Source: Clostridia bacterium (GTDB taxonomy: Bacteria > Bacillota > Clostridia > TANB77 > CAG-465). Taken from it: a DNA stretch of 64,000 bases. A model generated the notes under the pieces. It had not been told where the DNA came from. It did not search any database and saw only the letters and a list, made by a program, of their open reading frames with translations. A program made the translations under genes and the position numbers. The DNA lies in the NCBI GenBank assembly GCA_036635835.1, contig JAVWPP010000001.1, positions 1,946 through 65,945 of the forward strand. Reading direction: 5' to 3'. Positions 48,313 to 59,532 of the stretch are shown piece after piece (position 1 is the first letter of the stretch; each line of letters opens with the position of its first letter).

Positions 48313-49708
48313 ACATTGTTAATATACCTTTTTCAGAATCAATAATAAGCAGTATTTTTTCCTCGTCACCTGTTTGTGCGTTAATATATATCAAGAAATT
48401 TTTATCATTAACTTTCCCTTTAAACTCATATGTTAAGACTTCGCTTTTTGATTCAGTTGGAATAATTGCTAAGTTTTCAGATTCAATATTTACTTTAGCA
48501 GTTATTTTAGATTTTGCCTCTGCTAAGCTTATTTTAGGTTTTATATCCCTTTTAAATTTATGATTATATATATATCCATGTGTTTCTACAGAACATACTT
48601 CGCCATTATCTAAAGCTATTTTCACTTTAATTAAGTCTGGATACATAATGCAATCTTTTTCTTTAAAAGCATAATTAATAGTAGCCATATTTTCATAAAC
48701 TGAGTAATACGTATCCTTCATGCCTTCTATGCCTAATTTTTCTATAAACTCTAACCCTTTTGCTTTTGCGTCGTCTATACTAAGTTTAGGTTCTTTTACT
48801 TTTCTATCCGATATCATCCACAAAAGCATTCCGCTGTCTCTTGTAAGCTCTATTGAATTAGTTTTAGCGTTTTCTTTTAATTTTAATTCATAACCATAAG
48901 TAGGAATTTTTCCTTTTCCCTCACTTACGTATTTAATTCTTTCAATCTTTTCATCTTTAAATATTTTTTTTATTATTTCTTCTCCATCTTTTATAGAAAT
49001 ATTCATACCATTTAGCATAACTGGATCTACGTTTAATATATGATTTGAAAACGCTCCATCATATATAAGCCCCTCATAATCTTGAAAAACTTTTCCTATC
49101 CCTTCTATACCAGATGTTTGAACAGTTTTAGGTTGCTTTTTTATATTTTTTTTAAGCTGCTTATCTACTTCATTCCATTTAAGTTTTCCTTTATTTATAT
49201 CTTCTATGCATTTAGAAAATTCTCCTCTTGCAGTTACTGAATAATTATATAAATTAGATAACTGTAGATATTGATCATCCTTTAATTTTTGCCCGTCAAT
49301 ACTACTTTTCATTAACGTATATGAATAATCGCTAAGCTGCGTTAAAAAATTTGAAACACCTTCTATAGTTTTTTGACTTGATGGTAATTCTACTAAATTT
49401 GTTTTTGCTAAATTAGATTGTTTCCATATTTCTGCTAAGGTTTTAGCGCTTTGCTCGGGAGTAGATGTAACCTGCACTTTTGCAAGTAATACTTCTACAT
49501 TTTTCATATACTCCGTTGTTTCATAAACAGCTCTATTATTTTGATCACTACCAATTTGCTTATTAACTCTAAACATTTTTGTAGTTTCCATAGCATATAC
49601 AGCAGTAGCCGTAAATATACTCAGTATAACTAAAACCGTAATTCTATGATCTGCGTTTTTTCTCCAGTTTGTAATCTTATCTTCGATTTTTTTTAGTATA
49701 TTATTCAC
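48311..49708 (-). CDS. ypeB: Germination protein YpeB
   Basis: FLTQLSDYS, LIYDGAFSNH, YPDLIKVKIALDNGE, YINAQTG.EE; GAGGTG RBS before GTG at 49708. Confidence 0.93.
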   Translation of the reverse strand: MNNILKKIEDKITNWRKNADHRITVLVILSIFTATAVYAMETTKMFRVNKQIGSDQNNRAVYETTEYMKNVEVLLAKVQVTSTPEQSAKTLAEIWKQSNLAKTNLVELPSSQKTIEGVSNFLTQLSDYSYTLMKSSIDGQKLKDDQYLQLSNLYNYSVTARGEFSKCIEDINKGKLKWNEVDKQLKKNIKKQPKTVQTSGIEGIGKVFQDYEGLIYDGAFSNHILNVDPVMLNGMNISIKDGEEIIKKIFKDEKIERIKYVSEGKGKIPTYGYELKLKENAKTNSIELTRDSGMLLWMISDRKVKEPKLSIDDAKAKGLEFIEKLGIEGMKDTYYSVYENMATINYAFKEKDCIMYPDLIKVKIALDNGEVCSVETHGYIYNHKFKRDIKPKISLAEAKSKITAKVNIESENLAIIPTESKSEVLTYEFKGKVNDKNFLIYINAQTGDEEKILLIIDSEKGILTM

Positions 49709-49718
49709 ATTATCCACC

Positions 49719-50198
49719 TCATTCCGCAAATCTATGGTTGCCTATAGTTACCATAGTTTTTCTAGTAAAAAGCCATTTACTTTTAGCAGTTTTAGGATTA
49801 TAAAAATAAAGCGCACCGCTTGACGGATCTAAGCCATTTAAAGCTTCTTGCGCCGCTTTATACACTGTAGACTCTTTATCTATAGACTTATTTATTTGCC
49901 CATCCTTAACGCATGAAAATTGTCCCTTTTGGTATATTACTCCCGCTATAGAATTTGGGAATTTAGAACTTTTAACTCTATTCATAACAACAGCTCCAAC
50001 AGCAACTTGCCCTTTATATGGTTCTCCCCTTGCTTCTGCGTTTATAAGCCTAGCAAGTAGTAAAACGTTAGAACTTGTAGACGGTCCTTTAGCTTTTGTT
50101 GAACTTGCAGCAGTAGCTGCAATAACTACACTTGATATAGTTAAAATTATTATTAACACTATAAATTTATTTCTTTTTTTGCGCAAAAAAAATCTCAT
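49719..50198 (-). CDS. sleB: Spore cortex-lytic enzyme SleB-like (catalytic domain only)
   Basis: LLARLINAEARGEPYKGQVAVGAVVMNRV, GVIYQ.GQF, ALYFYNP, IGNHRF; directly upstream of ypeB. Confidence 0.88.
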   Translation of the reverse strand: MRFFLRKKRNKFIVLIIILTISSVVIAATAASSTKAKGPSTSSNVLLLARLINAEARGEPYKGQVAVGAVVMNRVKSSKFPNSIAGVIYQKGQFSCVKDGQINKSIDKESTVYKAAQEALNGLDPSSGALYFYNPKTAKSKWLFTRKTMVTIGNHRFAE

Positions 50199-50305
50199 AT
50201 TTTATTCCTCCCGTATACATGTATTTTTAACGGTTTATGAATAAATATGCGATTTTTTTGTTTTTTTATTAAATTTGTTCTTATTCTTACTTTTACATTA
50301 CTTAA

Positions 50306-50563
50306 TTATATATTTAAATATTTTAATACCATTATAGCAATTACACCCGGAACTCCTAAAAGTCCAATAATAATTGAATTAACAGTGTTAAATGCTATTT
50401 TATAATTGAAATATCCACCTATGTAGTTTACTAAAAATAACATTAAAGTTCCAAGTATTATATTTATAATTATTTTATATATAACTTTTGCAGGAAAAGA
50501 AAATATTTTTCCCATCAAAAATATAAATAATGCACATCCACCAATAATTAATGCTGTTTCCAT
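50306..50563 (-). CDS. bofA: Pro-sigmaK processing inhibitor BofA family
   Basis: N.ILG...LFLVN..G, GLLGVPGV. Confidence 0.85.
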   Translation of the reverse strand: METALIIGGCALFIFLMGKIFSFPAKVIYKIIINIILGTLMLFLVNYIGGYFNYKIAFNTVNSIIIGLLGVPGVIAIMVLKYLNI

Positions 50564-50565
50564 AA

Positions 50566-50724
50566 TTATTTACTCCTATCTGCTTCAAAACTTTTGATTT
50601 TGCTATCAAATTTTTTATTTATTTTTTTTAAATCTTTAGAAAATGCATCTATAGATTTAGTAGCTTCTTTAGCTAAATTCTTATTTAAAATTACATTTTC
50701 ATTAGTATTTTTTTCTTTTTTCAT
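50566..50724 (-). CDS. Small Lys-rich hypothetical protein (52 aa), not in the ORF track
   Basis: GGAGAG RBS; MKKEKNTNENVILNKNLAKEATKSIDAFSKDLKKINKKFDSKIKSFEADRSK*; fills the obgE-bofA gap. Confidence 0.6.
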   Translation of the reverse strand: MKKEKNTNENVILNKNLAKEATKSIDAFSKDLKKINKKFDSKIKSFEADRSK

Positions 50725-50741
50725 ACGCTCTCTCCAATATA

Positions 50742-52034
<1,293 letters not shown>

Positions 52035-52043
52035 TTATTCCTA

Positions 52044-53072
52044 TTATTTCTCTTCTTCTGTAAAATAGTCAATTTTCATGGCTTTTCTTACTTTTACCAT
52101 TGTTTCTTTTGCTACTTTTCTTGCTTTTTCTGTTCCTTCAATAAGTATTTTATCTATACATTCAGGTCTTGCTTCATAGTATCTTCTTCTTTCTCTAACA
52201 ATCTTTAAAGATTCTAAGAAATTTTTAGTTAATTCTTTTTTACAAGCAACGCACCCTCTTGCTCCATTTCTACATTCTTTAAATATTTCTTCTTTATTTT
52301 CACTAAATAAATTATGATAATATCCAACCATACAAATGTCTGGATTTGCCGGATCTTCTTTTTTAATTTTAGTTGTATCCGTTACAGCTCCCATTATTTT
52401 TCTTTCTACTTCTTCATCTGAATCTGCTAAAAATATTGCATTTCCAAGACTTTTACCCATTTTAGTATTACCGTCTAAACCTTTTACTCTGCAGTTTTTT
52501 GAAAGTACTGCTTCTGGCTCTACAAGAGTATCTCCATAAATACTATTAAACTTTCTAACAATCTCTCTAGACTGCTCTATAACTGGGACTTGGTCTTCTC
52601 CAACAGGTATTATTTCTCCCATAAACGCAGTTATATCTGCTGCTTGACTAACTGGATATCCTAAGAATCCATAAGTAACACTTTCTCCTTCGCTACCAAA
52701 AATCTCTTTTTTTTGCGAAATTTCAGTTTTAACTGTTGGGTTTCTTTGAAGTCTTGAAACTGTAACTAAATTAGAATAAAAGACAGTAAGTTCTGCAATT
52801 TCTGGAACCATAGATTGCAAAAATATAGTTGTTTTTTCTGGATCTATTCCAGCTGCTAAATAGTCTGTTACAACTTCTCTAACATTTTTTCTAACCTTTT
52901 CTGGATTGTTGAAATTATCTGTTAACGCTTGAACATCTGCAACTAAAATGTATTGCTCATATTCATCTTGTAGCTTAACTCTATTTTCTAGAGAACCTAA
53001 ATAATGCCCTATATGCAATCTTCCAGTCGGTCTATCTCCTGTTAATATTCTTTTTTTATTATTTTCATCCAT
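52044..53072 (-). CDS. trpS: Tryptophan-tRNA ligase
   Basis: TGDRPTGRLHIGH, YPVSQAADI, PVGEDQ, KMGKS. Confidence 0.96.
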   Translation of the reverse strand: MDENNKKRILTGDRPTGRLHIGHYLGSLENRVKLQDEYEQYILVADVQALTDNFNNPEKVRKNVREVVTDYLAAGIDPEKTTIFLQSMVPEIAELTVFYSNLVTVSRLQRNPTVKTEISQKKEIFGSEGESVTYGFLGYPVSQAADITAFMGEIIPVGEDQVPVIEQSREIVRKFNSIYGDTLVEPEAVLSKNCRVKGLDGNTKMGKSLGNAIFLADSDEEVERKIMGAVTDTTKIKKEDPANPDICMVGYYHNLFSENKEEIFKECRNGARGCVACKKELTKNFLESLKIVRERRRYYEARPECIDKILIEGTEKARKVAKETMVKVRKAMKIDYFTEEEK

Positions 53073-53258
53073 ATCCCTTACCCCTTTTCTAATCTACAAT
53101 GTACAGTATATTTTATATACATTATTCTATTAATCTATTGTAACAAATTTACGTAAATTTAGCAAGCAAATTGACATAAAAAATGTATTTATATCTACTT
53201 ATTTTTACGCTTTTTATCTTATCTTTTAATTATATTCCGATTTTCTTTAAAAGACAAG

Positions 53259-53287
53259 AAAAAACGTGCATTAAGCACGTTTTTTTT
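53259..53287 (-). terminator. Intrinsic terminator after rpmA
   Basis: AAAAAACGTGC-attaa-GCACGTTTTTT. Confidence 0.85.
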
Positions 53288-53549
53288 ATTTGTTTTCTTT
53301 AGCATATACGCTAACTTTAGTTTTGTCTCTACCTTTTCTTTCGAATCTAACAATACCATCTGTTAAAGCATATAATGTGTCATCTTTTCCGATACCTACA
53401 TTCAATCCTGGATGTATTTTAGTACCTCTTTGTCTATAAAGGATATTTCCTGCTATAGCTGCTTGGCCATCTGCTCTTTTAGCACCAAGTCTCTTGCTCT
53501 CACTGTCTCTACCATTTCTAGTAGAACCCATACCTTTCTTATGTGCCAT
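53286..53549 (-). CDS. rpmA: 50S ribosomal protein L27, short form without N-terminal extension
   Basis: [25 protein letters not shown]; poly-G RBS directly before the ATG. Confidence 0.98.
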   Translation of the reverse strand: MAHKKGMGSTRNGRDSESKRLGAKRADGQAAIAGNILYRQRGTKIHPGLNVGIGKDDTLYALTDGIVRFERKGRDKTKVSVYAKENK

Positions 53550-53594
53550 GTTATTCCCCCCTAACTATCTTTTAATTTGATAAACATTCACTAA

Positions 53595-53966
53595 TTATTC
53601 AGCGATTTCTTCTACTTTAGCTTTTTTAGCTGCTGGTTTTGCAACTTTAGCTGTTTTTGTAGATATTTTTTCAATTTGAATTTTAGTATAAGGTTGTCTG
53701 TGACCTCTCATTTTTCTTTCATTCTTTTTAGCTTTGTATTTAAATACTAAAACTTTCTTAGCTTTCCCGTGTCCTATAACAGTTGCTTCTACTTTAGCAC
53801 CTTTTACAGTTGGAGCTCCTACAGTAACTTTTTTATCATCAGAAATCATAAGAACTTCTTCAAAATTAACTTTTGATCCTTCTTCTGCTTCTAATCTTTC
53901 TACGAAAACAATGTCTCCTTCTTGAACTTTGTATTGTTTTCCACATGCTTCAATAACTGCGTACAT
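53595..53966 (-). CDS. rplU: 50S ribosomal protein L21 with Lys/Ala-rich C-terminal tail
   Basis: MYAVIE..GKQYKV, GHRQPYT. Confidence 0.98.
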   Translation of the reverse strand: MYAVIEACGKQYKVQEGDIVFVERLEAEEGSKVNFEEVLMISDDKKVTVGAPTVKGAKVEATVIGHGKAKKVLVFKYKAKKNERKMRGHRQPYTKIQIEKISTKTAKVAKPAAKKAKVEEIAE

Positions 53967-53984
53967 AATTACACCTCCTAATAA

Positions 53985-54052
53985 ATCTAACTTGCTCTCG
54001 CCAATAAAGGTAGCATATATGCTTTGAAAACCTTTTATGTGCGGTAACTACT
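53985..54052 (-). ncRNA. L21 ribosomal leader (autoregulatory 5' UTR)
   Basis: CCGCAC...hairpin...GGCGAG arrangement between the promoter and rplU, as in the Firmicute L21_leader; ends approximate. Confidence 0.7.
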
Positions 54053-54057
54053 TCACC

Positions 54058-54086
54058 ATTTTACTACTTTTATGTTACTTTGTCAA
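54058..54086 (-). promoter_or_regulatory. Sigma-A promoter of rplU-rpmA
   Basis: TTGACA-17 nt-TAAAAT overlapping the 3' end of pth. Confidence 0.8.
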
Positions 54087-54605
54087 GTAGTTTTGTACTT
54101 TTTCTTCAACTTCCATATAAATTTTATCAAGCATTTGTAACTCACTACCTGAAAATTTCTGTAGTACAAAATCCATAAGCAAAATATTAGGATTTCTTTC
54201 CACAAAAATACCCACTCTAATCCTTGATACTTCCTGGCTATGCATTAACGAAACAATATTCTTCATACCATTATGAGTACCCGCACTTCCCTTATCTCTA
54301 AACCTTATAGTTTCAAAAGGGATATCTATATCGTCATAAATAACTAAAATATCTTGTGGCTGCACCTTATAAAAAGATGCAATATCTCTAACACATTCAC
54401 CACTTAAATTCATAAATGTTTGCGGTTTTACAAATAACACTTTTTCTCCATTTATATTAGCCTCACCTATTTGTGCTTTATGTGCTTTTTTTGTAAACTC
54501 AACATTATATGTTTCTGCAAGCTTATCTATCATAATAAAACCAATATTATGCCTTGTTTTCTCATATTCTTTACCTGGATTACCAAGCCCAACAATTACT
54601 TTCAT
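54075..54605 (-). CDS. pth: Peptidyl-tRNA hydrolase
   Basis: VGLGNPG..Y..TRHNIGF, KPQTFMNLSG, GTHNG. Confidence 0.97.
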   Translation of the reverse strand: MKVIVGLGNPGKEYEKTRHNIGFIMIDKLAETYNVEFTKKAHKAQIGEANINGEKVLFVKPQTFMNLSGECVRDIASFYKVQPQDILVIYDDIDIPFETIRFRDKGSAGTHNGMKNIVSLMHSQEVSRIRVGIFVERNPNILLMDFVLQKFSGSELQMLDKIYMEVEEKVQNYLTK

Positions 54606-54840
54606 TTTTTCTCCTTTTACTTAAGCTAAAAATAATTAAATATTTGTAATTATATATTGTACATTTTGTAGATTTTATTATATAATACAATTGTATAATA
54701 TATATATTATATTACGTTAAAACACTTGAAAATTTAGCTCCTATATAGTATTATATAACATAATAGAAAGAATTTCAATAATGCCTTGCCTGTTTGGCTA
54801 TTTGGTCGTTATTTTAATAAGAAAGCGGTGGTTAAATTCC

Positions 54841-57348
54841 ATGGAAAAATTATTTAAAAAATTAGGTATAAAAACAAATCCTAATAAAGTATTCACAATC
54901 TTTTTTTACGCAATAAGTGCAATATTTATAATAACAAGGCTTGGAGCAGCGGCAAATATATTACTTGGAGACCCAGAGCTTAAAAATCTAGTTTCTCCAT
55001 TTATATACGCTTTAGCTTTAGCAGCACCATGTGTAGGCTTTTGCTACTTTGTTAATTCAGGTATGGTAAAACTAGATACGCAAAAAGTAAGTATGTTTCT
55101 AGTTACATATGTAATGTTTTTTATGACGCTTTGTGCATTTGCAATAGAGGCCATGAACGAATGGGGATGGCGACTTCTAAAGTCTTTTGATGCTTATGGA
55201 GCTGTTAGATCCACATATCCACAATATTTTGACCAAGCTTTTAAAGCTCTAGTTATATTAGTCCCAATAGTTGGATTCTTCATAATTGTAGATTGGATTA
55301 TGGGAATGCTTAGAGATGACGATAGATTAAAAGGTATAAAAGGTTTTAACGGTTTAACATTTAGCTTTGAAACTAAAGATTCAGGTCCGTTTACCTGCGA
55401 AGTTATGATTTGCAGAGACAAAGATACTTCAATACCAGTTATAATTCCAGAAAAGAAGAGATTCGAAGCTACATTTGTACAAGGTGCTACAGGTTCTGGT
55501 AAAACAGCAACTGTTCTTTTACCTATGAGCGCTATGGATCTAGAAAAAAAATATTTTTTCAGAGAATATTCTAAAAAAACTGCATATGGCCTTTTAAAAA
55601 GAGGTGCAGCATATGTACAAGGTCCTTTTTCTAATGACTATATAAATAAAAATTTCGACCTTAAATTAATTAAACCTAAAAAAGGTAGAGAAGATGAATG
55701 CATGGAAGAATTAAAAAATGTAATACTTGGTGCAGATCCTGAAACAGGTGAGATTTCATACAAAAACCTTGGTATAGCAATAGTCGAAAATGATGGTAAA
55801 TATATTTCAGACTTCACAAAAGTTGCTGAAAACTTTGATATAGATGTTTTAACAGTAGATCCAATGAACCCTGAAACTTTAAGTATCAATCCATTTGCTA
55901 TTCCTGAGCCACCTAAAGTTGCTTCAATTATAGCAGACGTTCTTAAATCAATGAACGAAGCAGATGGCGGAAAAGGAGATCAGTTCTTTACATCAGTTAC
56001 AACAGATGCATTCCAAAACTTAGCTATGCTACTTAAAGAAATGTATCCAAGATTAAATAATGGAATACTTCCAACACTTGAAGACATGCTAGAATTACTA
56101 TATAACTTTGATAAAGTAGAAGAAATGGTTGAAGAAATGAAGAAAATACCGGATCTTGTAGCTAAATATCAATTACTTATAAACTATTTTGAAAGAAACT
56201 TCTACAAACCAGCTCTTAATATAAACGGATTTGAAATTCCCGGAACTAGAGGCAGTGGTAGAAAAGAAACAGAAAGATTTTTATATGGTGCAATAACTCA
56301 GCTTAGTAACTTATTAAGACATCCAGGCATAAAAAGATCTCTTTGTGGTAGAGACAATAACGTAGATTTTGATAAAACTTTAAAAGAGGGCTATGTCGTA
56401 ACAGCTTGTTCTCGTAAAGGTGAACTCGGAATAATTCAGTCAAAAGCATTTGGTATGTTTTTCATATTACAGTTCCAAGATGCCGTACTAAGAAGACCAG
56501 GTAATGAAGATTCAAGAATACCTTACTTCTTATATATTGATGAATTCCCAGAGTATATTAATAAAGATACAGACGTAATGTTTACTCTATTTAGAAAATA
56601 TAGATGCGGCGTTACAATAGCAATACAGAACTTATCTCAGCTTGAAAAGCAAGCTCAGTACGCATACTACAGACAAACTGTACTTGCAAATACTAGAACA
56701 CAAATTATATTTGGAGATACTGTTCCAGAAGATAGTAAGTACTGGAACGAAGCATTTGGTAAATATAATGCACAAAAAACAGAAAAAAGATATGATGCAG
56801 ATGATGAAGGTTATGATGTAACTAAAAAAGTTTCATATAAGATGGACGATAAAGAAAGATTTAAAGTTCATAAAATTGCTGAAATGGGCTTTAGAACTGT
56901 AATCTATAAGACTAAAAATTTAAAAGGATCTACAATATTTGGTGAAGGAAAAACAAACTTCTTAGATTCTAAATATAAAAATAAACAACCAATGGCAAAT
57001 TACAATTTTGAAAAATATATGCTTACAAAACCAGCTGTTTCATCATATAATATTATGAATGATAGTGACGAAGATAATTTTTTCGGAACTACCACTATAG
57101 ATACAGATGCTTCTTCAGACGCTTCTGTACCAGCACAAGTTGCTACATTTAATGATGATTTAGTTGCTCAAAAAACAAATTTTGAAATCCCAGATGATTT
57201 TGATATTGTAATAGATCATGGAAATACTAATACTGAACCTAAGTTACCAAACGCAACAGCAGATGGTGCCGTATTTGAAGTTGAAAGCAAACCACTTGAA
57301 AATCCAAATAGTGCTTTTGGCGAAACAACAGGCATAAAAAAATGGTAA
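54841..57348 (+). CDS. Type IV coupling protein (VirD4/TraD/TraG-like ATPase)
   Basis: About four N-terminal TM helices, Walker A GATGSGKT, SINPF, Walker B LYIDEF, RKY....IAIQNLSQL, acidic tail; likely start ATG at 54841. Confidence 0.85.
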   Translation: MEKLFKKLGIKTNPNKVFTIFFYAISAIFIITRLGAAANILLGDPELKNLVSPFIYALALAAPCVGFCYFVNSGMVKLDTQKVSMFLVTYVMFFMTLCAFAIEAMNEWGWRLLKSFDAYGAVRSTYPQYFDQAFKALVILVPIVGFFIIVDWIMGMLRDDDRLKGIKGFNGLTFSFETKDSGPFTCEVMICRDKDTSIPVIIPEKKRFEATFVQGATGSGKTATVLLPMSAMDLEKKYFFREYSKKTAYGLLKRGAAYVQGPFSNDYINKNFDLKLIKPKKGREDECMEELKNVILGADPETGEISYKNLGIAIVENDGKYISDFTKVAENFDIDVLTVDPMNPETLSINPFAIPEPPKVASIIADVLKSMNEADGGKGDQFFTSVTTDAFQNLAMLLKEMYPRLNNGILPTLEDMLELLYNFDKVEEMVEEMKKIPDLVAKYQLLINYFERNFYKPALNINGFEIPGTRGSGRKETERFLYGAITQLSNLLRHPGIKRSLCGRDNNVDFDKTLKEGYVVTACSRKGELGIIQSKAFGMFFILQFQDAVLRRPGNEDSRIPYFLYIDEFPEYINKDTDVMFTLFRKYRCGVTIAIQNLSQLEKQAQYAYYRQTVLANTRTQIIFGDTVPEDSKYWNEAFGKYNAQKTEKRYDADDEGYDVTKKVSYKMDDKERFKVHKIAEMGFRTVIYKTKNLKGSTIFGEGKTNFLDSKYKNKQPMANYNFEKYMLTKPAVSSYNIMNDSDEDNFFGTTTIDTDASSDASVPAQVATFNDDLVAQKTNFEIPDDFDIVIDHGNTNTEPKLPNATADGAVFEVESKPLENPNSAFGETTGIKKW

Positions 57349-57368
57349 TTAATAATTAAATATATAAA

Positions 57369-57409
57369 AGTAGCACCCTCAAGTTTTAGATTTGAAGGTG
57401 CTATTTTTT
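57369..57409 (+). terminator. Intrinsic terminator after the coupling-protein gene
   Basis: TAGCACC.TCAA / TTGAAGGTGCTA followed by a T run. Confidence 0.7.
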
Positions 57410-57444
57410 ATATAAAAAAGCCCGCTAAGTGCAGGCTTTCATTT

Positions 57445-58470
57445 TTATTCTATTATCATATTAGGAGTGTATTTCACATCCTTAGAAACATTTACTTTAG
57501 CTGTTGTTCCATCACCTGGTTTAAGTATTGGTAAATCTATAGTATTAACCTTATATCTTTGATTTTCTTTATCAAATTCAAAAAGGCTTATAGTTCTTTC
57601 TAAAGAATTTTCAAGTTGTCTTAAATCTGTAGTAAAATACATTTTTTCATCTGTTAAAGGAAATGCTACTCTTTTTATTACTCTAAACATTTCAGCAACA
57701 TGTTCTATATCTTCTCCAACAAAAACAAGTTGTGGTGCTTCTGCAAATCCTCCATCGTTTTTTTGGAATGATTCATAGAAATCTCCGTATAGTTGCAACT
57801 TTTTAGCAAACTCTTCTTTCCACTCAGAATTTCTTCTTACTATTTCAAAAATATAGTTTTTTTCGTTTGCTCCATCTAGTAATTTAACAAATCCACCTGT
57901 TGGTTTAAACTTAACTGTATACTTCTTCGAATATAGTAGCACATTAGGGCTTAAATCGGCGAATGAAGCAACTTTTTGCATGTAGGCTATAATTAGTTGA
58001 TTGCCTGCTAATTTACGTTTAATAGCGAATGCTGGCTTAACATTATCTGTTGGTTGCCAAGTTGTTGGTATATTTCTTTGTTTTAAAATATATGTAGCAA
58101 TTTTGTCTAAACAATATGCTCTATATGAACTTTTTCCTAAATCACTTTGGAAATAGTATCTAGAAATAACTTTAGATTTAGCTAAATCTTCTAACCATTT
58201 TGCTACTTTATCTTGTCTTTTTCCTTGATCTATTTCAGCTAACAAACCTCTATAGTCCATTATTTGTGTTACTTGTCTAGATGTTATATATCCAAATTCA
58301 TTTACTATTTCAAGAGCTTTAACATGGTTTTCGTTTATATATCCCATATCCATTTTAAATACCACTTGATTTATAGATGCAAATCCTTCTTTACCATCAA
58401 ATACTTTAACTTCATTTTCTCTCACCGCAAAAGGTGATACCTGTGTTTTTACTTCTTTATCACTTATCAT
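57445..58470 (-). CDS. Replication-relaxation (Replic_Relax)-like protein: winged helix + nuclease-like fold
   Basis: ALEIVNEFGYITSRQV, L..L....VI.RY.F, YCL, P.G...IFEIVRR, KL.LY, P.LVFVGED; adjacent to a coupling protein. Confidence 0.6.
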   Translation of the reverse strand: MISDKEVKTQVSPFAVRENEVKVFDGKEGFASINQVVFKMDMGYINENHVKALEIVNEFGYITSRQVTQIMDYRGLLAEIDQGKRQDKVAKWLEDLAKSKVISRYYFQSDLGKSSYRAYCLDKIATYILKQRNIPTTWQPTDNVKPAFAIKRKLAGNQLIIAYMQKVASFADLSPNVLLYSKKYTVKFKPTGGFVKLLDGANEKNYIFEIVRRNSEWKEEFAKKLQLYGDFYESFQKNDGGFAEAPQLVFVGEDIEHVAEMFRVIKRVAFPLTDEKMYFTTDLRQLENSLERTISLFEFDKENQRYKVNTIDLPILKPGDGTTAKVNVSKDVKYTPNMIIE

Positions 58471-58525
58471 TATTTAATCCTCCAATATAATAATTATTAT
58501 ATACGCTTTAATCTAATATATTAGA

Positions 58526-59347
58526 TTATCCCACTATAACTAATTTAATTTTTTCTTTCTCTTCATTTATTTTTTTTATATGTACTAATACTTTTTGACC
58601 ATATTCAAGGCCACTTCTATGTGCTGCTAATCCTATTAAATTAGGTTTAAGTTCAACATATATCCCGTTTTTTTCTCTAGATCTAACAATACCTTCAACA
58701 AGCTGTCCTTCTTTAAGGTCTTTGATATTATCTTGAAATGTACCAAGTAGCTCTTTGTATGTAAGTTCAATTCTACCTGTGTCTCTATCAAAAGATTTAA
58801 CTATTGCTTCTATTCTTTGACCATATTTAAATCTTTCGCTAGCATGTTTAATTCTAACTTTAGAAATATCATCAAGTTTAATTATAGCAGTTACTCCACC
58901 ACCTATGTCTACAAAAGCAGAAAAGTCTGTAAGTCCTCTTATAGTTCCTTTTAGTTTCATGCCGGGTTTAAGATGCATATACATCCACTTTCTAACGTCC
59001 ATTTCAACTTCTTTACTAGATAAAATTATTTTTGGTTTAAGCGGATCTTCATTATAAAAAATATCTTTAACTTTAAACTGTATTAACTTGTTTAGCTTTG
59101 ATGTTGAAGCCATTTCAGATGGAAGTCCATCTTCTTCTACAATAGAACTAACTTCACTTCTAGGAACATATGCAATAACTCCTGCTCCTAAACTTACTGA
59201 TAATGCAAAATCCGAATCTACTTTTTTAACAAAACCTTCAATTCTTTGTTTACTTTCTTTAGCTTGCTCTAACTGAGCTAGTCTTTTTTTTACATCTTCA
59301 GGCGTAATCTCTTTTTTTACCTTTTCAGAACCTATTTTTTTCTCCAT
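58526..59347 (-). CDS. Protein with three S1 (OB-fold) domains
   Basis: GTIRGLTDFSAFVDIGGGV, GRIELTYKEL, GIV......GIYVEL.PNL.GL. Confidence 0.85.
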   Translation of the reverse strand: MEKKIGSEKVKKEITPEDVKKRLAQLEQAKESKQRIEGFVKKVDSDFALSVSLGAGVIAYVPRSEVSSIVEEDGLPSEMASTSKLNKLIQFKVKDIFYNEDPLKPKIILSSKEVEMDVRKWMYMHLKPGMKLKGTIRGLTDFSAFVDIGGGVTAIIKLDDISKVRIKHASERFKYGQRIEAIVKSFDRDTGRIELTYKELLGTFQDNIKDLKEGQLVEGIVRSREKNGIYVELKPNLIGLAAHRSGLEYGQKVLVHIKKINEEKEKIKLVIVG

Positions 59348-59532
59348 TTCTTCCTCCGTATACTTGTAATTTTACAATTATTATTATTCATCATATATTT
59401 CTATACTTTATACTACTAATATATCACAAATTATAATTAAACTCAAGCAATATTATCTGTATTTGCTTAAAACCATTTTTTTTAGGTGAAAAATGAAAAA
59501 GCAACTATACTTTTTCATCTTATCATTATTCG

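Noticed and set aside
49724..49726. In-frame CGG in the track's ypeB ORF
   Set aside because: Lies upstream of the RBS-supported GTG start at 49708, so it is probably not translated in that frame.
53073..53258. T-box riboswitch upstream of trpS
   Set aside because: No T-box GGTGG.ACC motif or specifier stem is visible.
54826..54828. In-frame CGG in the track's 855-aa ORF
   Set aside because: Falls in the RBS region upstream of the likely ATG at 54841.
54606..54840. oriT or att site at the pth/coupling-protein junction (59348-59532 also checked)
   Set aside because: Only short AT-rich palindromes expected by chance; no recognisable nic site or direct-repeat pair.
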